Positions 48,246-58,111 of a stretch of 64,000 bases of DNA are shown here, in pieces. The first letter of the stretch is position 1, and each line of letters opens with the position of its first letter. The notes below the pieces were generated by a model, which had not been told where the DNA came from, searched no databases, and saw only the letters and a list, made by a program, of their open reading frames with translations. Made by a program: the position numbers and the translations under genes. Origin of the DNA: an uncultured Gammaproteobacteria bacterium (lineage in GTDB: Bacteria > Patescibacteriota > Microgenomatia > Levybacterales > UBA12049); NCBI GenBank assembly GCA_964507055.1, contig CAZDOJ010000001.1:1041313-1105312 (forward strand), read 5' to 3'.

Positions 48246-49451
48246 TTAGTTCGTTGAAGGTTTAGTCGGACGTACTGTAGGTTTAGGTGTTGGTGTAAGA
48301 ATTCCATATTCTCCAACTTTACAGTCAATGCCTTTCAATTGACAAGCAATATACTCTTGTATCTCTCCGTATTCACCGTTTCCTGCTCTTGGAGAAAGAA
48401 CCCATTGGTTCTTATATTCAGTACTAATTGGAGGATTTATAAGTAAACCATACCTATCCTCAGATTGATCGCCTGTATCAATTATTGCACTAGATATTTT
48501 TGCACCTTCCATCTTCTTTGCTAATTTTATGAAATCATCATATTCATCTTCTGCAATATCTGTTTTTATACTATCTTTTAATGTCGTCATTAGACCGACA
48601 AGCTTAACCGGATTAAGGAAAGTATCGACGGAAAGTATTCGTTCTTTAAATGCGGCGATAACCTTCTCTTGCCTCTTGGATCGTGCAAAGTCTGATCCTT
48701 CTTTTCCTGTTCCATGACGTGAGCGGACGTATTTTAGTGCAGTCTCCCCGTTCATACGCTGCTTGCCCTTATCAAAATGTAAATGCTCATATCTGCATGG
48801 AAATGCATCAACTTCAGATGCACTCCCTGAAGCAATCTCGGCTGACAAACTTGCGATACGATCTTCTGTCAAGCCGCATGCATCGGCTTCCATACCAGAT
48901 ACAGGATACTGATAGTCATCAAATGTATTATCTACTTCTAATTCTAAGCCTCCAACCATATCTACCATTTTTTCAAAACCACCAAAATCAATCTTCACAG
49001 CGTAGTCTATCGGCTGGTTAAGCATATTACCGACAAGTGCTTTGGTAACTTTTAATCCACTTCCTTCTTCTTTCTGTTCTGCAAAGGTATAGGTCGTATT
49101 TATTTTTGCACCAAGATCTGGAACCCACGTATCACGTGGGATTGAAACCAGAGTAACTCTTTTTGTGTTAGGGTCTATGTTTGCATAAATGATCGTATCT
49201 GTAAGGTCAGGACCATCATGTGTCCCCCCACCAACACCAAGAAGTAATAAGTTTACTTTTTGATCGGGGGAAGTTGCTCTCTTTAATTGGATCTCCTGCT
49301 TAAACATAAGCTCCCACAAAACAGGAATGTATTTTCCTACTTTGACAAGTCCTATGCCAAGAATAACCACTAAAAAAACCATGAGTGCAATTTTCACTCT
49401 ACTTCTAACAGGTCTTCTTCTTCGCGAACGTAACGGTATACGATGTTCCAT
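48246..49451 (-). CDS. LytR-CpsA-Psr (LCP) family cell-wall glycopolymer transferase
   Basis: N-terminal TM, then the LCP core (LLLGVGGG..DGPDLTDTIIYANIDPNTKRVTLVSIPRDTWV). Confidence 0.8.
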   Translation of the reverse strand: MEHRIPLRSRRRRPVRSRVKIALMVFLVVILGIGLVKVGKYIPVLWELMFKQEIQLKRATSPDQKVNLLLLGVGGGTHDGPDLTDTIIYANIDPNTKRVTLVSIPRDTWVPDLGAKINTTYTFAEQKEEGSGLKVTKALVGNMLNQPIDYAVKIDFGGFEKMVDMVGGLELEVDNTFDDYQYPVSGMEADACGLTEDRIASLSAEIASGSASEVDAFPCRYEHLHFDKGKQRMNGETALKYVRSRHGTGKEGSDFARSKRQEKVIAAFKERILSVDTFLNPVKLVGLMTTLKDSIKTDIAEDEYDDFIKLAKKMEGAKISSAIIDTGDQSEDRYGLLINPPISTEYKNQWVLSPRAGNGEYGEIQEYIACQLKGIDCKVGEYGILTPTPKPTVRPTKPSTN

Positions 49452-49483
49452 GAGTTATTTAAAGTATAAAAAAGTGCGGTAGA

Positions 49484-50149
49484 TTATGCGTTCTCTACCA
49501 GTTTTACAAACTTTCCTGCATCGAGACTTGCTCCTCCAACGAGAGCCCCGTCAATAGATGGAGATTGTGTAAAACTATTTATATTCTCAGGTGTAACGCT
49601 TCCACCATACAAAACAAATTCGACTTTTGGATTTTTATCTTTTATTGCTTTTACGACCTTTTCAGCGTTCTCTGGAGTATCCGGATGTCCAGATCCTATC
49701 GCAAAAATCGGCTCATAAGCAACCAGCGTCACACCTTCAGGAATTGGTGTACTCTCATCTTGCACGCAAAAAATTGGAGTTAAGTTACTTTTAAGAGCCA
49801 TTGTAACTTTCTTTGATAAAAGTTCATCATTCTCATTAAAGAGTTTTCTTCGTTCTGAATGTCCAATAATTGCATAGTCCGCAAACTCTTTAATCTCTTC
49901 GGCAGTAACTTCACCTGTATAGGCACCTTCATCAAAGGGCGAGACATCCTCACTCCCGAATGAAACAGGTACAGTTACTTCATTTGCATATGATTTAAGC
50001 AGAGGTAATAATGTAAATGGAGCACAGACAACAGCAACTTTATTTTCAAGTTGTTGCAATCCTGAATTAGCTAATTGCTGAAGCCAATCATTAGTTTCTT
50101 CTGTAGTCTTATTTGACTTCCAATTAGCGATGATAAAGAGTTTCTTCAT
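49484..50149 (-). CDS. tpiA: triosephosphate isomerase
   Basis: ANWKSN (for GNWKMN), IIGHSERR, AYEPIFAIGSG and YGGSV motifs; 221 aa. Confidence 0.85.
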   Translation of the reverse strand: MKKLFIIANWKSNKTTEETNDWLQQLANSGLQQLENKVAVVCAPFTLLPLLKSYANEVTVPVSFGSEDVSPFDEGAYTGEVTAEEIKEFADYAIIGHSERRKLFNENDELLSKKVTMALKSNLTPIFCVQDESTPIPEGVTLVAYEPIFAIGSGHPDTPENAEKVVKAIKDKNPKVEFVLYGGSVTPENINSFTQSPSIDGALVGGASLDAGKFVKLVENA

Positions 50150-50260
50150 GTGCTACAATGGGTTTACTTTACGTCATTATGCGGCAACCTCTTCGTGAAA
50201 TGTGCCATTCTGTCCACCAGAACTTCTCGTAATGACAACCAATATTCATTATTATACTCT

Positions 50261-52105
50261 ATGGAAGATACACTACTCAAGGATTTAAATCCCGAACAAA
50301 AAGAAGCCGTGCTCGCAACGGACGGACCAATGATTATTCTTGCTGGTGCAGGTTCGGGAAAAACTAGAGTCCTCACATTTAAAGTCATGCACCTACTCTC
50401 AAAAAAGCATGTTGCCCCTGAGGAAATCCTCATGATTACGTTTACTAATAAGGCTGCAAAAGAGATGAAACAACGTATGGCAAAACTCCTTGATGCATCT
50501 GCTCTCCCTTGGATTGCGACATTTCATTCATTGTGTGCTAGGATACTTCGACGCGAAAGTAAGTATCTCGGATTCTCGAATAGATTTGTGATTTATGACT
50601 CACAAGATCAACTCGATGCGATTAAAGAAGCAATGACCAGGCTAAATATTTCAACGAAAGACTTCAAACCTTATTCAGTGCTTTCAACAATCTCACAGGC
50701 AAAAAATGAACTTCTCACTGCAACTGAGTATCTAAACTTTGCACGGGGATATTTTCAAGAGACGGTTTCAAAGATCTATCCGATGTACCAAGCAATTTTG
50801 AAAGAGAATGATGCATTAGACTTTGACGATTTAATACTTCATACCATTAAGCTTTTTAAAGAGAACGAGAAAATCCTTCAGCAATACCAAGCAAGATTTC
50901 GTTATGTTCTTATTGATGAATATCAAGATACCAATCGTGCACAATATACATTAACAAAATTGCTTTCAGCACGATGGAGAAACATTTGTGTTGTCGGTGA
51001 CTTCTCACAAAGTATTTATAGCTGGCGGGGTGCAGACTATAAAAACTTAATACGATTTAAAGACGATTTTGCTGGAACGAAAACTTTCTCCCTTTCTCAA
51101 AACTATCGCTCCACACAAAAAATTCTTGATGGTGCATCGTCTGTCATATCGAAAAATACAACACATCCTGTCCTTAAGCTTTGGACAAATAATCCTGATG
51201 GTGAAGAAATCGAACTTTATGAATCTGGGAACGAACAAGAAGAAGCAGACTTCATCATCAGAACGGTCGCAAACCTTGGTTTTAAAAATCTTAATAAAGT
51301 AGCAGTACTTTATCGAACCAATGCTCAATCACGTGTAATTGAAGAAGCCTTACTTCACCATGGACTACCATATCTTCTTATTGGAGGTACCAGATTTTAT
51401 GACAGGAAAGAAATTAAAGATGTACTTTCATATCTAAGAGTTATTTGTAATCCAAAAGACATGGTGGCCTATAAACGAATTGAAAAGCTTGGAAAAGGTC
51501 GACTTGCAAAGTTTCTTGCCTACCAAAGTAGCCTCCCTGAAGAAACTTCAGAACAAATTGAGCAAAAAGACGAAGAGCTTTTGAATCAAGTGAAAACCAT
51601 TGAAATTTTGGATAATGTAATACGTAGCACAAACTATTTAGATCTTTATGATGAAAAAGTAGAAGAAGATAGAGCAAGACTTGAAAATATAAAAGAACTT
51701 CGCTCTGTTGCAATTGAATTTCCTAACTTACCAGACTTTTTGGAAAATGTCGCACTCGTGGAACAAGAATATCATTCTGAGAAACAAGAAAATAGCGAAA
51801 AGAAAAATGCGATTACACTCATGACATTGCATGCTGCAAAAGGTTTAGAATTTCCAATTGTGTTCATGATTGGCATGGAGGAAGGGTTGTTCCCTCATTC
51901 ACGTGCGTTAATGGATAAAGCAGAATTAGAGGAGGAACGAAGACTTTGCTACGTAGGCATGACTCGAGCAAAAGAAAAACTTTTTCTTACCTATGCTAGA
52001 CGTCGACTTTTCTTTGGACAAAGGACAACAAATACTGTATCTAGATTTGTTCTGGAACTTCCTGAACATCTTATTTCACAAAAAACAAGCGTAGATTACT
52101 TCTAA
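50261..52105 (+). CDS. UvrD/PcrA-family ATP-dependent DNA helicase (compact, ~614 aa)
   Basis: Helicase motifs I AGAGSGKT, II DEYQDT, III VGDFSQSIYSWRGA, IV QNYRS, V LHAAKGLEFPIVF and VI YVGMTRAK. Start trimmed to MEDTLLKDLNPEQ. Confidence 0.85.
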   Translation: MEDTLLKDLNPEQKEAVLATDGPMIILAGAGSGKTRVLTFKVMHLLSKKHVAPEEILMITFTNKAAKEMKQRMAKLLDASALPWIATFHSLCARILRRESKYLGFSNRFVIYDSQDQLDAIKEAMTRLNISTKDFKPYSVLSTISQAKNELLTATEYLNFARGYFQETVSKIYPMYQAILKENDALDFDDLILHTIKLFKENEKILQQYQARFRYVLIDEYQDTNRAQYTLTKLLSARWRNICVVGDFSQSIYSWRGADYKNLIRFKDDFAGTKTFSLSQNYRSTQKILDGASSVISKNTTHPVLKLWTNNPDGEEIELYESGNEQEEADFIIRTVANLGFKNLNKVAVLYRTNAQSRVIEEALLHHGLPYLLIGGTRFYDRKEIKDVLSYLRVICNPKDMVAYKRIEKLGKGRLAKFLAYQSSLPEETSEQIEQKDEELLNQVKTIEILDNVIRSTNYLDLYDEKVEEDRARLENIKELRSVAIEFPNLPDFLENVALVEQEYHSEKQENSEKKNAITLMTLHAAKGLEFPIVFMIGMEEGLFPHSRALMDKAELEEERRLCYVGMTRAKEKLFLTYARRRLFFGQRTTNTVSRFVLELPEHLISQKTSVDYF

Positions 52106-52176
52106 TCTTATCTACTTCTTACTCAGCAATTACATCTTTCTTGCTTTCTTATAGTATATTTGATATCAAGGGAATT

Positions 52177-52881
52177 ATGCTTACGAAAGGCGGAGTAATC
52201 TTCGCAGATCAAAACCAAGAAGAGCCACAGACTAATCATCCAGTAAAGGATGTTATTCTTTCTCATGACGAGTATCGAAACATCGTAAAGGAAGCATATA
52301 AAGAAGGTCTTCAAGATGCTGTCAAAAAGAATGTATCACCGGACAAACAAGAAGACGAAAAAAAGGATGACGATGAAGAAAAAAAACAAAATCAGGAAGG
52401 TAAAGCTGAAGCAGTAAAGCAGCATGCCCAGGACATGCAGGAGTCGAAGAAACGACTCGAAGCAATCGCAGAGAGACATGATGTTGAAATCATGCGAGTA
52501 CAAACAGTTTTTCCATTTACGTTTTTTCCAGACACCCTTATAATCGATACGACAAAAGTAACTATTGTAAAAAAGCAAATGTTTGCAACTGAAGAAGTTA
52601 TTACTGTACCTCTTAAGGATCTCTCTGATACGCACGTCCAAACTGCACTCTTTTTGGCAAGTCTGAATGTAAAATACCTACCGCATTCTAATAATCCAGG
52701 TATGCTTAAACCTGTTGAAGTACAGATAAATAGTCTTCGAAGAGAAGATGCAATTCGAGCAAAGAACATTCTAAAAGGTATTCTTATTGCGAGCTCTGAG
52801 GATATTGATTTGGCCAAATTAACACCAGAAGAAATTGTAAATATCGTTGAGAAATTTGGAACGAGCGAGGGTGTCACATGA
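52177..52881 (+). CDS. hypothetical protein
   Basis: Intact ORF between the helicase and FemAB genes with an acidic low-complexity segment (DEKKDDDEEKKQNQEGK). I cannot assign a family. Confidence 0.4.
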   Translation: MLTKGGVIFADQNQEEPQTNHPVKDVILSHDEYRNIVKEAYKEGLQDAVKKNVSPDKQEDEKKDDDEEKKQNQEGKAEAVKQHAQDMQESKKRLEAIAERHDVEIMRVQTVFPFTFFPDTLIIDTTKVTIVKKQMFATEEVITVPLKDLSDTHVQTALFLASLNVKYLPHSNNPGMLKPVEVQINSLRREDAIRAKNILKGILIASSEDIDLAKLTPEEIVNIVEKFGTSEGVT

Positions 52882-52893
52882 TACAATATATTT

Positions 52894-53928
52894 ATGACAT
52901 TCAAAGCTATAACTCCGGACAAAGCAATTGAATTTAATAAAGCTACATCCCATCCTCTTCAAAGCTATGAGTGGGGTCAATTTCGTGAAAAAACCAATGT
53001 CAAAGTCATTCGGAGAGGTATATTTGAAAAAGAGAAACTTGTCAGCGGCTTTCAACTTACAATACATAAAATTCCTCGAACTAATTTCACAATTGGATAT
53101 CTTCCAAAAGGGACATTGCCAACAAAAGAAATTATTGATGAATTAAGAGATATAGGAAAAGAAGAACGATGTATTTTTATTCAGCTAGAACCAAATGTTA
53201 TTAAAAGTATAAATGGGAGCACAACAAAAGATGGTAACTGGAATTATGCAAAACTTGGATTAAAAGAAGCTGCTCATCCCCTTTTTACAAAATATACTTT
53301 TATTCTTGATCTGACAAAATCTGAAGAAGATCTTCTTAAAGATATGCACGCAAAATCAAGATATAACATTAAAGTAGCACAAAAACATGGCGTTCAAGTC
53401 ACTGAAGATAATTCTGATAAAGCATTTAAAGCGTATTGGAGACTGACAGAAGAAACAACAAAGAGACAAAAGTTTTATGCACATACAAAACAATATCACA
53501 AATTTCAATGGGAAACATTCAGCCATAAAATGACAACCGATGCTCTTTCATCACACATATTTACAGCAACATATGAAGGGAAAGTACTTACAACTCTTTT
53601 ATTTTTTGTCTATCACGATACGCTTTATTATCCATACGGTGCATCAAGTAACGATCATCGAAATGTGATGCATTCAAATTTGGCTATGTGGGAAGGGATT
53701 AGATTTGGACAAAAATTAGGATTAAAGAAATTTGATATGTGGGGTGCAATGGGACCAAACGCAGACCAAAAAGATCCATGGTTTGGATTTCATAATTTCA
53801 AACAAAAGTTTGGTCCGGATCACATAGAATTCCTTGGAAGTTATGATTTAGTAATTAACCCGTTACTTTATCAGAGTTACAAGCTAGCTGATAAGCTCAG
53901 GTGGATGATACTTAAGCTAAAAAAATAA
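52894..53928 (+). CDS. FemAB-family peptidoglycan interpeptide-bridge aminoacyltransferase (FemX-like)
   Basis: Duplicated GNAT-like fold; motifs LQSYEWGQFRE, FTATYEGKVL and YPYGASSNDHRNVMHSNLAMWEGIRFGQKLGLKKFDMWGA resemble FemX/MurM. Confidence 0.65.
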   Translation: MTFKAITPDKAIEFNKATSHPLQSYEWGQFREKTNVKVIRRGIFEKEKLVSGFQLTIHKIPRTNFTIGYLPKGTLPTKEIIDELRDIGKEERCIFIQLEPNVIKSINGSTTKDGNWNYAKLGLKEAAHPLFTKYTFILDLTKSEEDLLKDMHAKSRYNIKVAQKHGVQVTEDNSDKAFKAYWRLTEETTKRQKFYAHTKQYHKFQWETFSHKMTTDALSSHIFTATYEGKVLTTLLFFVYHDTLYYPYGASSNDHRNVMHSNLAMWEGIRFGQKLGLKKFDMWGAMGPNADQKDPWFGFHNFKQKFGPDHIEFLGSYDLVINPLLYQSYKLADKLRWMILKLKK

Positions 53929-54465
53929 TTATTTTTTATTTTTTGGGATTTGATAAACGTACACTTCATTCTCTTCATCTTTTGCAATCATTGGAAGATC
54001 AATTTTATAAACAAATGTTACAACTTTTGTTCCAGGTTTTAATTCTTTTAGGAGCTTTGGTCGAAGACGAGCCATTGTTTTGGGAATAAGATACATGATA
54101 ACAACAGTTGCATCGGAGAGGTCAACATCAAAGAAGTTTTTTCTATAAATTTTTATTTTGTCCGAAAGTTTTGCGAATCGGACAGAAAGCTTTGAGGTAA
54201 AGACGCGAAAAGGATCTATCTCAATACCAATTCCCGTTGCATGAAATTCTTTTGCAGCAATCATTAAGGCAGTTCCTTCGCCTGATCCGAGATCATAAAT
54301 CACATCCCCTTTTTGTATCTTTGCGAGTTTGCATTGGATTCTTGCAATCCTAGGAGAGGTTCTCCACCACGGTGACCAAGGACTATCAGGAGGCCAAACC
54401 ATTGATAAAAGAAAAAAGAGAATGACTAATATAACAAAAATAAGAACTATAAAAAGGATATCCAT
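53929..54465 (-). CDS. class I SAM-dependent methyltransferase with N-terminal TM anchor
   Basis: Motif I VIYDLGSGEGTALMIAA; acidic motif II GIEIDP; N-terminal hydrophobic helix. Confidence 0.7.
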   Translation of the reverse strand: MDILFIVLIFVILVILFFLLSMVWPPDSPWSPWWRTSPRIARIQCKLAKIQKGDVIYDLGSGEGTALMIAAKEFHATGIGIEIDPFRVFTSKLSVRFAKLSDKIKIYRKNFFDVDLSDATVVIMYLIPKTMARLRPKLLKELKPGTKVVTFVYKIDLPMIAKDEENEVYVYQIPKNKK

Positions 54466-54564
54466 TCACACCATCATATCAAATTATTTTGATTAAAACT
54501 GAACTTTTTATATTCGCTCTATATTTGGTTGACAACCTGCTCTATAATTAAGGTACTAGTAATT

Positions 54565-55287
54565 ATGAATCCACTTCTCTATATCATTACTTTTGCAGTC
54601 AGTGCTTATGTGCTTCTCAGCATCGTACAGCCAAGACCTTCATTCATTTTATTGCTACCAATCTTGTTGTTAACTATTGGTATTGGTTGGTATCTCAATC
54701 GTCATATTCAAAAAGAGCATGAAGACGCTTTGAAGAAAAATGTCCAATATACATTTGAAGAAGAGGACGCACAACACTGGCTTCATCAATCGTTCGTTCC
54801 TAAAACAAATATTCTTCTCAAGAAACATATAAAAGAAATTATTTTTTACACAGGCATCCTTCTCTTATTATTTATATTCATTTGGAGCTACTTAGTTGCT
54901 GGACTTGTGAATGCTCTTCTAAGTGTTGCTATAGCCTGCGTATTGTATTCACTATTTGTTTTTTACACTCTTCATGCAGATAAATGGTACCGATATTTCT
55001 TCAAACATATCCCAAAACAATATAGGCATTTCCAAAAGAATAGTTGGATTCATGGCTATGTTATTTTATTGCCTTTTACATTTTTCTGCTTTTTACTGTA
55101 CCTTGCATTCAATTATAATGGTTCAATCCTCACATTACTTTTGGGAATTCCGGTCTTTGTCATAGCATATTCCTTGATATTTATTTGCTTGTATAGTGGT
55201 TTATATATATATCGTGAATACCGAAAAGAAGAACTTGAGAATGCGGAAGAATCCTTAGAAAAATATCTCAAAGAAGAAAAGAATTAA
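54565..55287 (+). CDS. polytopic membrane protein, unknown function
   Basis: Roughly 6 hydrophobic helices. I took the ATG at 54565 instead of the track's TTG at 54529. Confidence 0.4.
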   Translation: MNPLLYIITFAVSAYVLLSIVQPRPSFILLLPILLLTIGIGWYLNRHIQKEHEDALKKNVQYTFEEEDAQHWLHQSFVPKTNILLKKHIKEIIFYTGILLLLFIFIWSYLVAGLVNALLSVAIACVLYSLFVFYTLHADKWYRYFFKHIPKQYRHFQKNSWIHGYVILLPFTFFCFLLYLAFNYNGSILTLLLGIPVFVIAYSLIFICLYSGLYIYREYRKEELENAEESLEKYLKEEKN

Positions 55288-55898
55288 CTTCGAGCAAGTG
55301 AATTGGCAAGCTTATCTACGCGTTCATTATTTACGTCCCCAGAATGCCCCAATACTTTTTCATAGTGAACAGTTAGTCCATTTTTGCGAATAACATCAGC
55401 AATATCATAAAATATTTTTGCATTCTCTTTTACTTTATCTGGATGCTTTAAAAGATTGTTGAGACTGATTTGACTGTCTGAATATATCTTTATTTTTTTA
55501 TTGCCATTCTCTGCCGCCCAAGCAATCGCATGGTAGATTGCTAGCCCCTCTGCAACATTATTTGTCTGTTTTCCCTCAACTAAACCTGCTAGTTCAGTTT
55601 TATCTGAAACGAAAGCCCACGCAGCTTTTGCTCTTGGCGTACCATTATGAATACATGCACCGTCTGTCCAAATTTCTACATCGTAGTCAATTGTAACTTT
55701 TTCTGTACTATCAAGTTCAAAGGGAATACTTCTTGGATTAAGTACTTTAAATTTATCACTATGATATAACTTTTGACAATATGGACAATAATAGTAATGA
55801 GTATAATAATAAGGTTTTTTTAACTGCTCTGCTGTTCGCTTGGTTGGTCGAAGAGATAAAACCCGCCCACAGTTCTTACATCGTTCTGCTTGTTCCAT
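55284..55898 (-). CDS. rnhA: ribonuclease HI with N-terminal Cys4 zinc-ribbon
   Basis: RNase H fold from VEIWTDGAC...AWAFV...TNNVAEGLAIYHAIAWA...IYSDSQ...HSGDVNNERVDKLA (DEDD residues in place). It is preceded by CKNCGRV...x22...CPYCQKL. Confidence 0.8.
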   Translation of the reverse strand: MEQAERCKNCGRVLSLRPTKRTAEQLKKPYYYTHYYYCPYCQKLYHSDKFKVLNPRSIPFELDSTEKVTIDYDVEIWTDGACIHNGTPRAKAAWAFVSDKTELAGLVEGKQTNNVAEGLAIYHAIAWAAENGNKKIKIYSDSQISLNNLLKHPDKVKENAKIFYDIADVIRKNGLTVHYEKVLGHSGDVNNERVDKLANSLARS

Positions 55899-55930
55899 AA
55901 AAGATATTATAGCACTGTTGAGGTGTGAAA

Positions 55931-58066
55931 TTAGATGATGAGTTTGCTTTCTTTTACTCTTGGTTCTATAACGTCACCAGGTTTTACCGTTCCTTCAATA
56001 ATACGCATGGCAATTTCGTCTACCAATTTTTCTTCAATCGCTCGACGCAAAGGTCTAGCTCCAAAGACTGGATCATAACCAACTTCCGCAAAATGCAATG
56101 TGAGGTCATCGGTGATTTTTAGCTCAATTCCATTTTCAGACATACGCTCTTTAACATGTATAAGCTGTTGTTCAGTAATTTTCATTAAGTCTTTTGGTGA
56201 TAATGAATTATAAATAATGACCGAATCAAGTCTATTTAGAAATTCTGGTCTAAAATGTCCATGCAATACATCCCATACCTTTTTCTTAGCATCTTCTTTA
56301 TCTTTTGCCTCTCGTATAACTTCACCTCCAAGATTACTTGTCATAATAATAATTGTGTTTCTGAAATCAACTGTAACACCTTTACTGTCAGTTAGTCTCC
56401 CATCATCAAGCAGTTGCAGAAATACATTAAAGACCTGCGGATGTGCTTTCTCAATTTCATCAAATAAGATAACTGAATAAGGTCTCCGACGAACCGCTTC
56501 CGTCAATTGACCACCTTCGTCATAGCCCACATATCCTGGAGGTGCTCCTATCAATCGTGCGACTGCATGGGCTTCCATATATTCACTCATATCAATTCGC
56601 GTCATTGCATGTTCATCATTAAATAATATTCTTGCCAATGCTTTTGCAGTTTCAGTTTTTCCAACACCTGTTGGCCCTAGGAAGAGAAATGAACCAATTG
56701 GTTTATCTTTTTCTCCAAGTCCTGATCGAGATCTTCGAATTGCTCGGGACAACACTGTAATAGCTTCTTCCTGTCCGACAACTTGTTCTTTTAATTCTTC
56801 TTCCAAATGCAGTAAACGCTCAGACTCTGTTGAAAGAATTCGCGTTGCTGGAATACCAGTCCAACGGCTTACAACTTTTGCAATATCATCTTCATCAACT
56901 TCCTCACGAAGTACTCGTTCTTCTGATGGAATTTTATCCCACTCATTATGAAGTTCATGTAAACTTTTTTCCAAATCTGGAATTTTACCATATTTAATTT
57001 CTGCTGCTTTTTGCAAATCAACATCACGTTCTGCTTGTTCTAATTCGACTCTATATGCATCGATTTTTGAACGAACTTCTTGAATTTTCTGAATCATGTC
57101 TTTTTGTTTGGTCCATTGCTCTTCAATACCTTGAGCTTGCTTTTTTAATTTTTCTAATTCTATTTCTTGCTGTGATTTTCTGTTTTTTGCAATTTCAGTT
57201 TTTTCCCGCTTTAACGCTGCCAATTCTATCTCAATTTGTGTAATCTTTCTCTTCAATTCGTCCAGTTCAGCTGGCATACTTTCTGTTTCAATCTTAATCG
57301 CCGCAGCAGCTTCATCAATAAGATCAATTGCTTTATCTGGTAGAAATCTTTGCGGAATATACTGTGCAGACAAACGTGCTGAAGCAATAATTGCATTATC
57401 TGTTATACGAATTCCATGATGCAGTTCGTATTTCTGTTTGATACCACGAAGGATAGAAATGGTATCTTCAACTGTAGGTTCATCAACCATAACAGGCTGG
57501 AATCTTCGGGCAAGTGCAGGATCTTTTTCAATATACTTTCTATATTCTGCAATTGTTGTTGCTCCAATCATTCGGAGACTTCCTCGAGCAAGTGCAGGTT
57601 TAAGAATGTTTGCCGCATCAGTTGACCCTTCAGCAGCACCTCCACCAACAAGAGTATGCAACTCATCAATAAACATTACATATTTCCCTTCTGCTTCTTC
57701 AACTGCTTTAATAACTCCTTTGAGTCGTTCTTCAAATTCGCCACGAAACTTTGCACCAGCAAGAAGTTGTGCGAAATCAAGTACGACAAGTTCTTTATCT
57801 TTCAGCGGAGTTGGAACTGATTGTTCAATGATTTTTTGGGCGAGTCCTTCAACGATTGCTGTTTTACCAACACCTGGATCACCTATGAGGATTGGGTTAT
57901 TCTTTGTCCGTCTAGAGAGAATTTCCATGACTCTACGAATCTCTACTTCTCTTCCAACAACTGGATCAATTTTTCCCTGTTTTGCGTTATTTGTTAAATT
58001 AATTGTAAATTTCTCAAGTGCTTCTTTTGGAGAAACCGGCTTGAGAAGGTCCTGTATATTCTCCAT
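55931..58066 (-). CDS. clpB: ATP-dependent chaperone ClpB (lacking the N-terminal domain)
   Basis: NBD1 Walker A ILIGDPGVGKT, a long coiled-coil M-domain, NBD2 Walker A FLFLGPTGVGKTE, sensor/arginine-finger motifs and the C-terminal GARPLRR. The 711-aa ORF begins directly at NBD1. Confidence 0.88.
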   Translation of the reverse strand: MENIQDLLKPVSPKEALEKFTINLTNNAKQGKIDPVVGREVEIRRVMEILSRRTKNNPILIGDPGVGKTAIVEGLAQKIIEQSVPTPLKDKELVVLDFAQLLAGAKFRGEFEERLKGVIKAVEEAEGKYVMFIDELHTLVGGGAAEGSTDAANILKPALARGSLRMIGATTIAEYRKYIEKDPALARRFQPVMVDEPTVEDTISILRGIKQKYELHHGIRITDNAIIASARLSAQYIPQRFLPDKAIDLIDEAAAAIKIETESMPAELDELKRKITQIEIELAALKREKTEIAKNRKSQQEIELEKLKKQAQGIEEQWTKQKDMIQKIQEVRSKIDAYRVELEQAERDVDLQKAAEIKYGKIPDLEKSLHELHNEWDKIPSEERVLREEVDEDDIAKVVSRWTGIPATRILSTESERLLHLEEELKEQVVGQEEAITVLSRAIRRSRSGLGEKDKPIGSFLFLGPTGVGKTETAKALARILFNDEHAMTRIDMSEYMEAHAVARLIGAPPGYVGYDEGGQLTEAVRRRPYSVILFDEIEKAHPQVFNVFLQLLDDGRLTDSKGVTVDFRNTIIIMTSNLGGEVIREAKDKEDAKKKVWDVLHGHFRPEFLNRLDSVIIYNSLSPKDLMKITEQQLIHVKERMSENGIELKITDDLTLHFAEVGYDPVFGARPLRRAIEEKLVDEIAMRIIEGTVKPGDVIEPRVKESKLII

Positions 58067-58084
58067 ATCTTCCCTATTTTATAA

Positions 58085-58111
58085 TTAGCAGTACATATTG
58101 TCAAGTGCTAA
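58085..58111 (-). promoter_or_regulatory. CIRCE-like inverted repeat (putative HrcA operator) upstream of clpB
   Basis: TTAGCAGTA-N9-AAGTGCTAA compared with the CIRCE consensus TTAGCACTC-N9-GAGTGCTAA, giving 15/18 matches and a conserved TTAGCA...TGCTAA frame. It lies 19 nt upstream of the clpB ATG. Confidence 0.5.

Noticed and set aside
57438-58088. 216-aa plus-strand ORF inside clpB
   Set aside because: Antisense to the conserved AAA+ NBD1. Ser/Ala/Pro-rich with no motifs. Shadow ORF.
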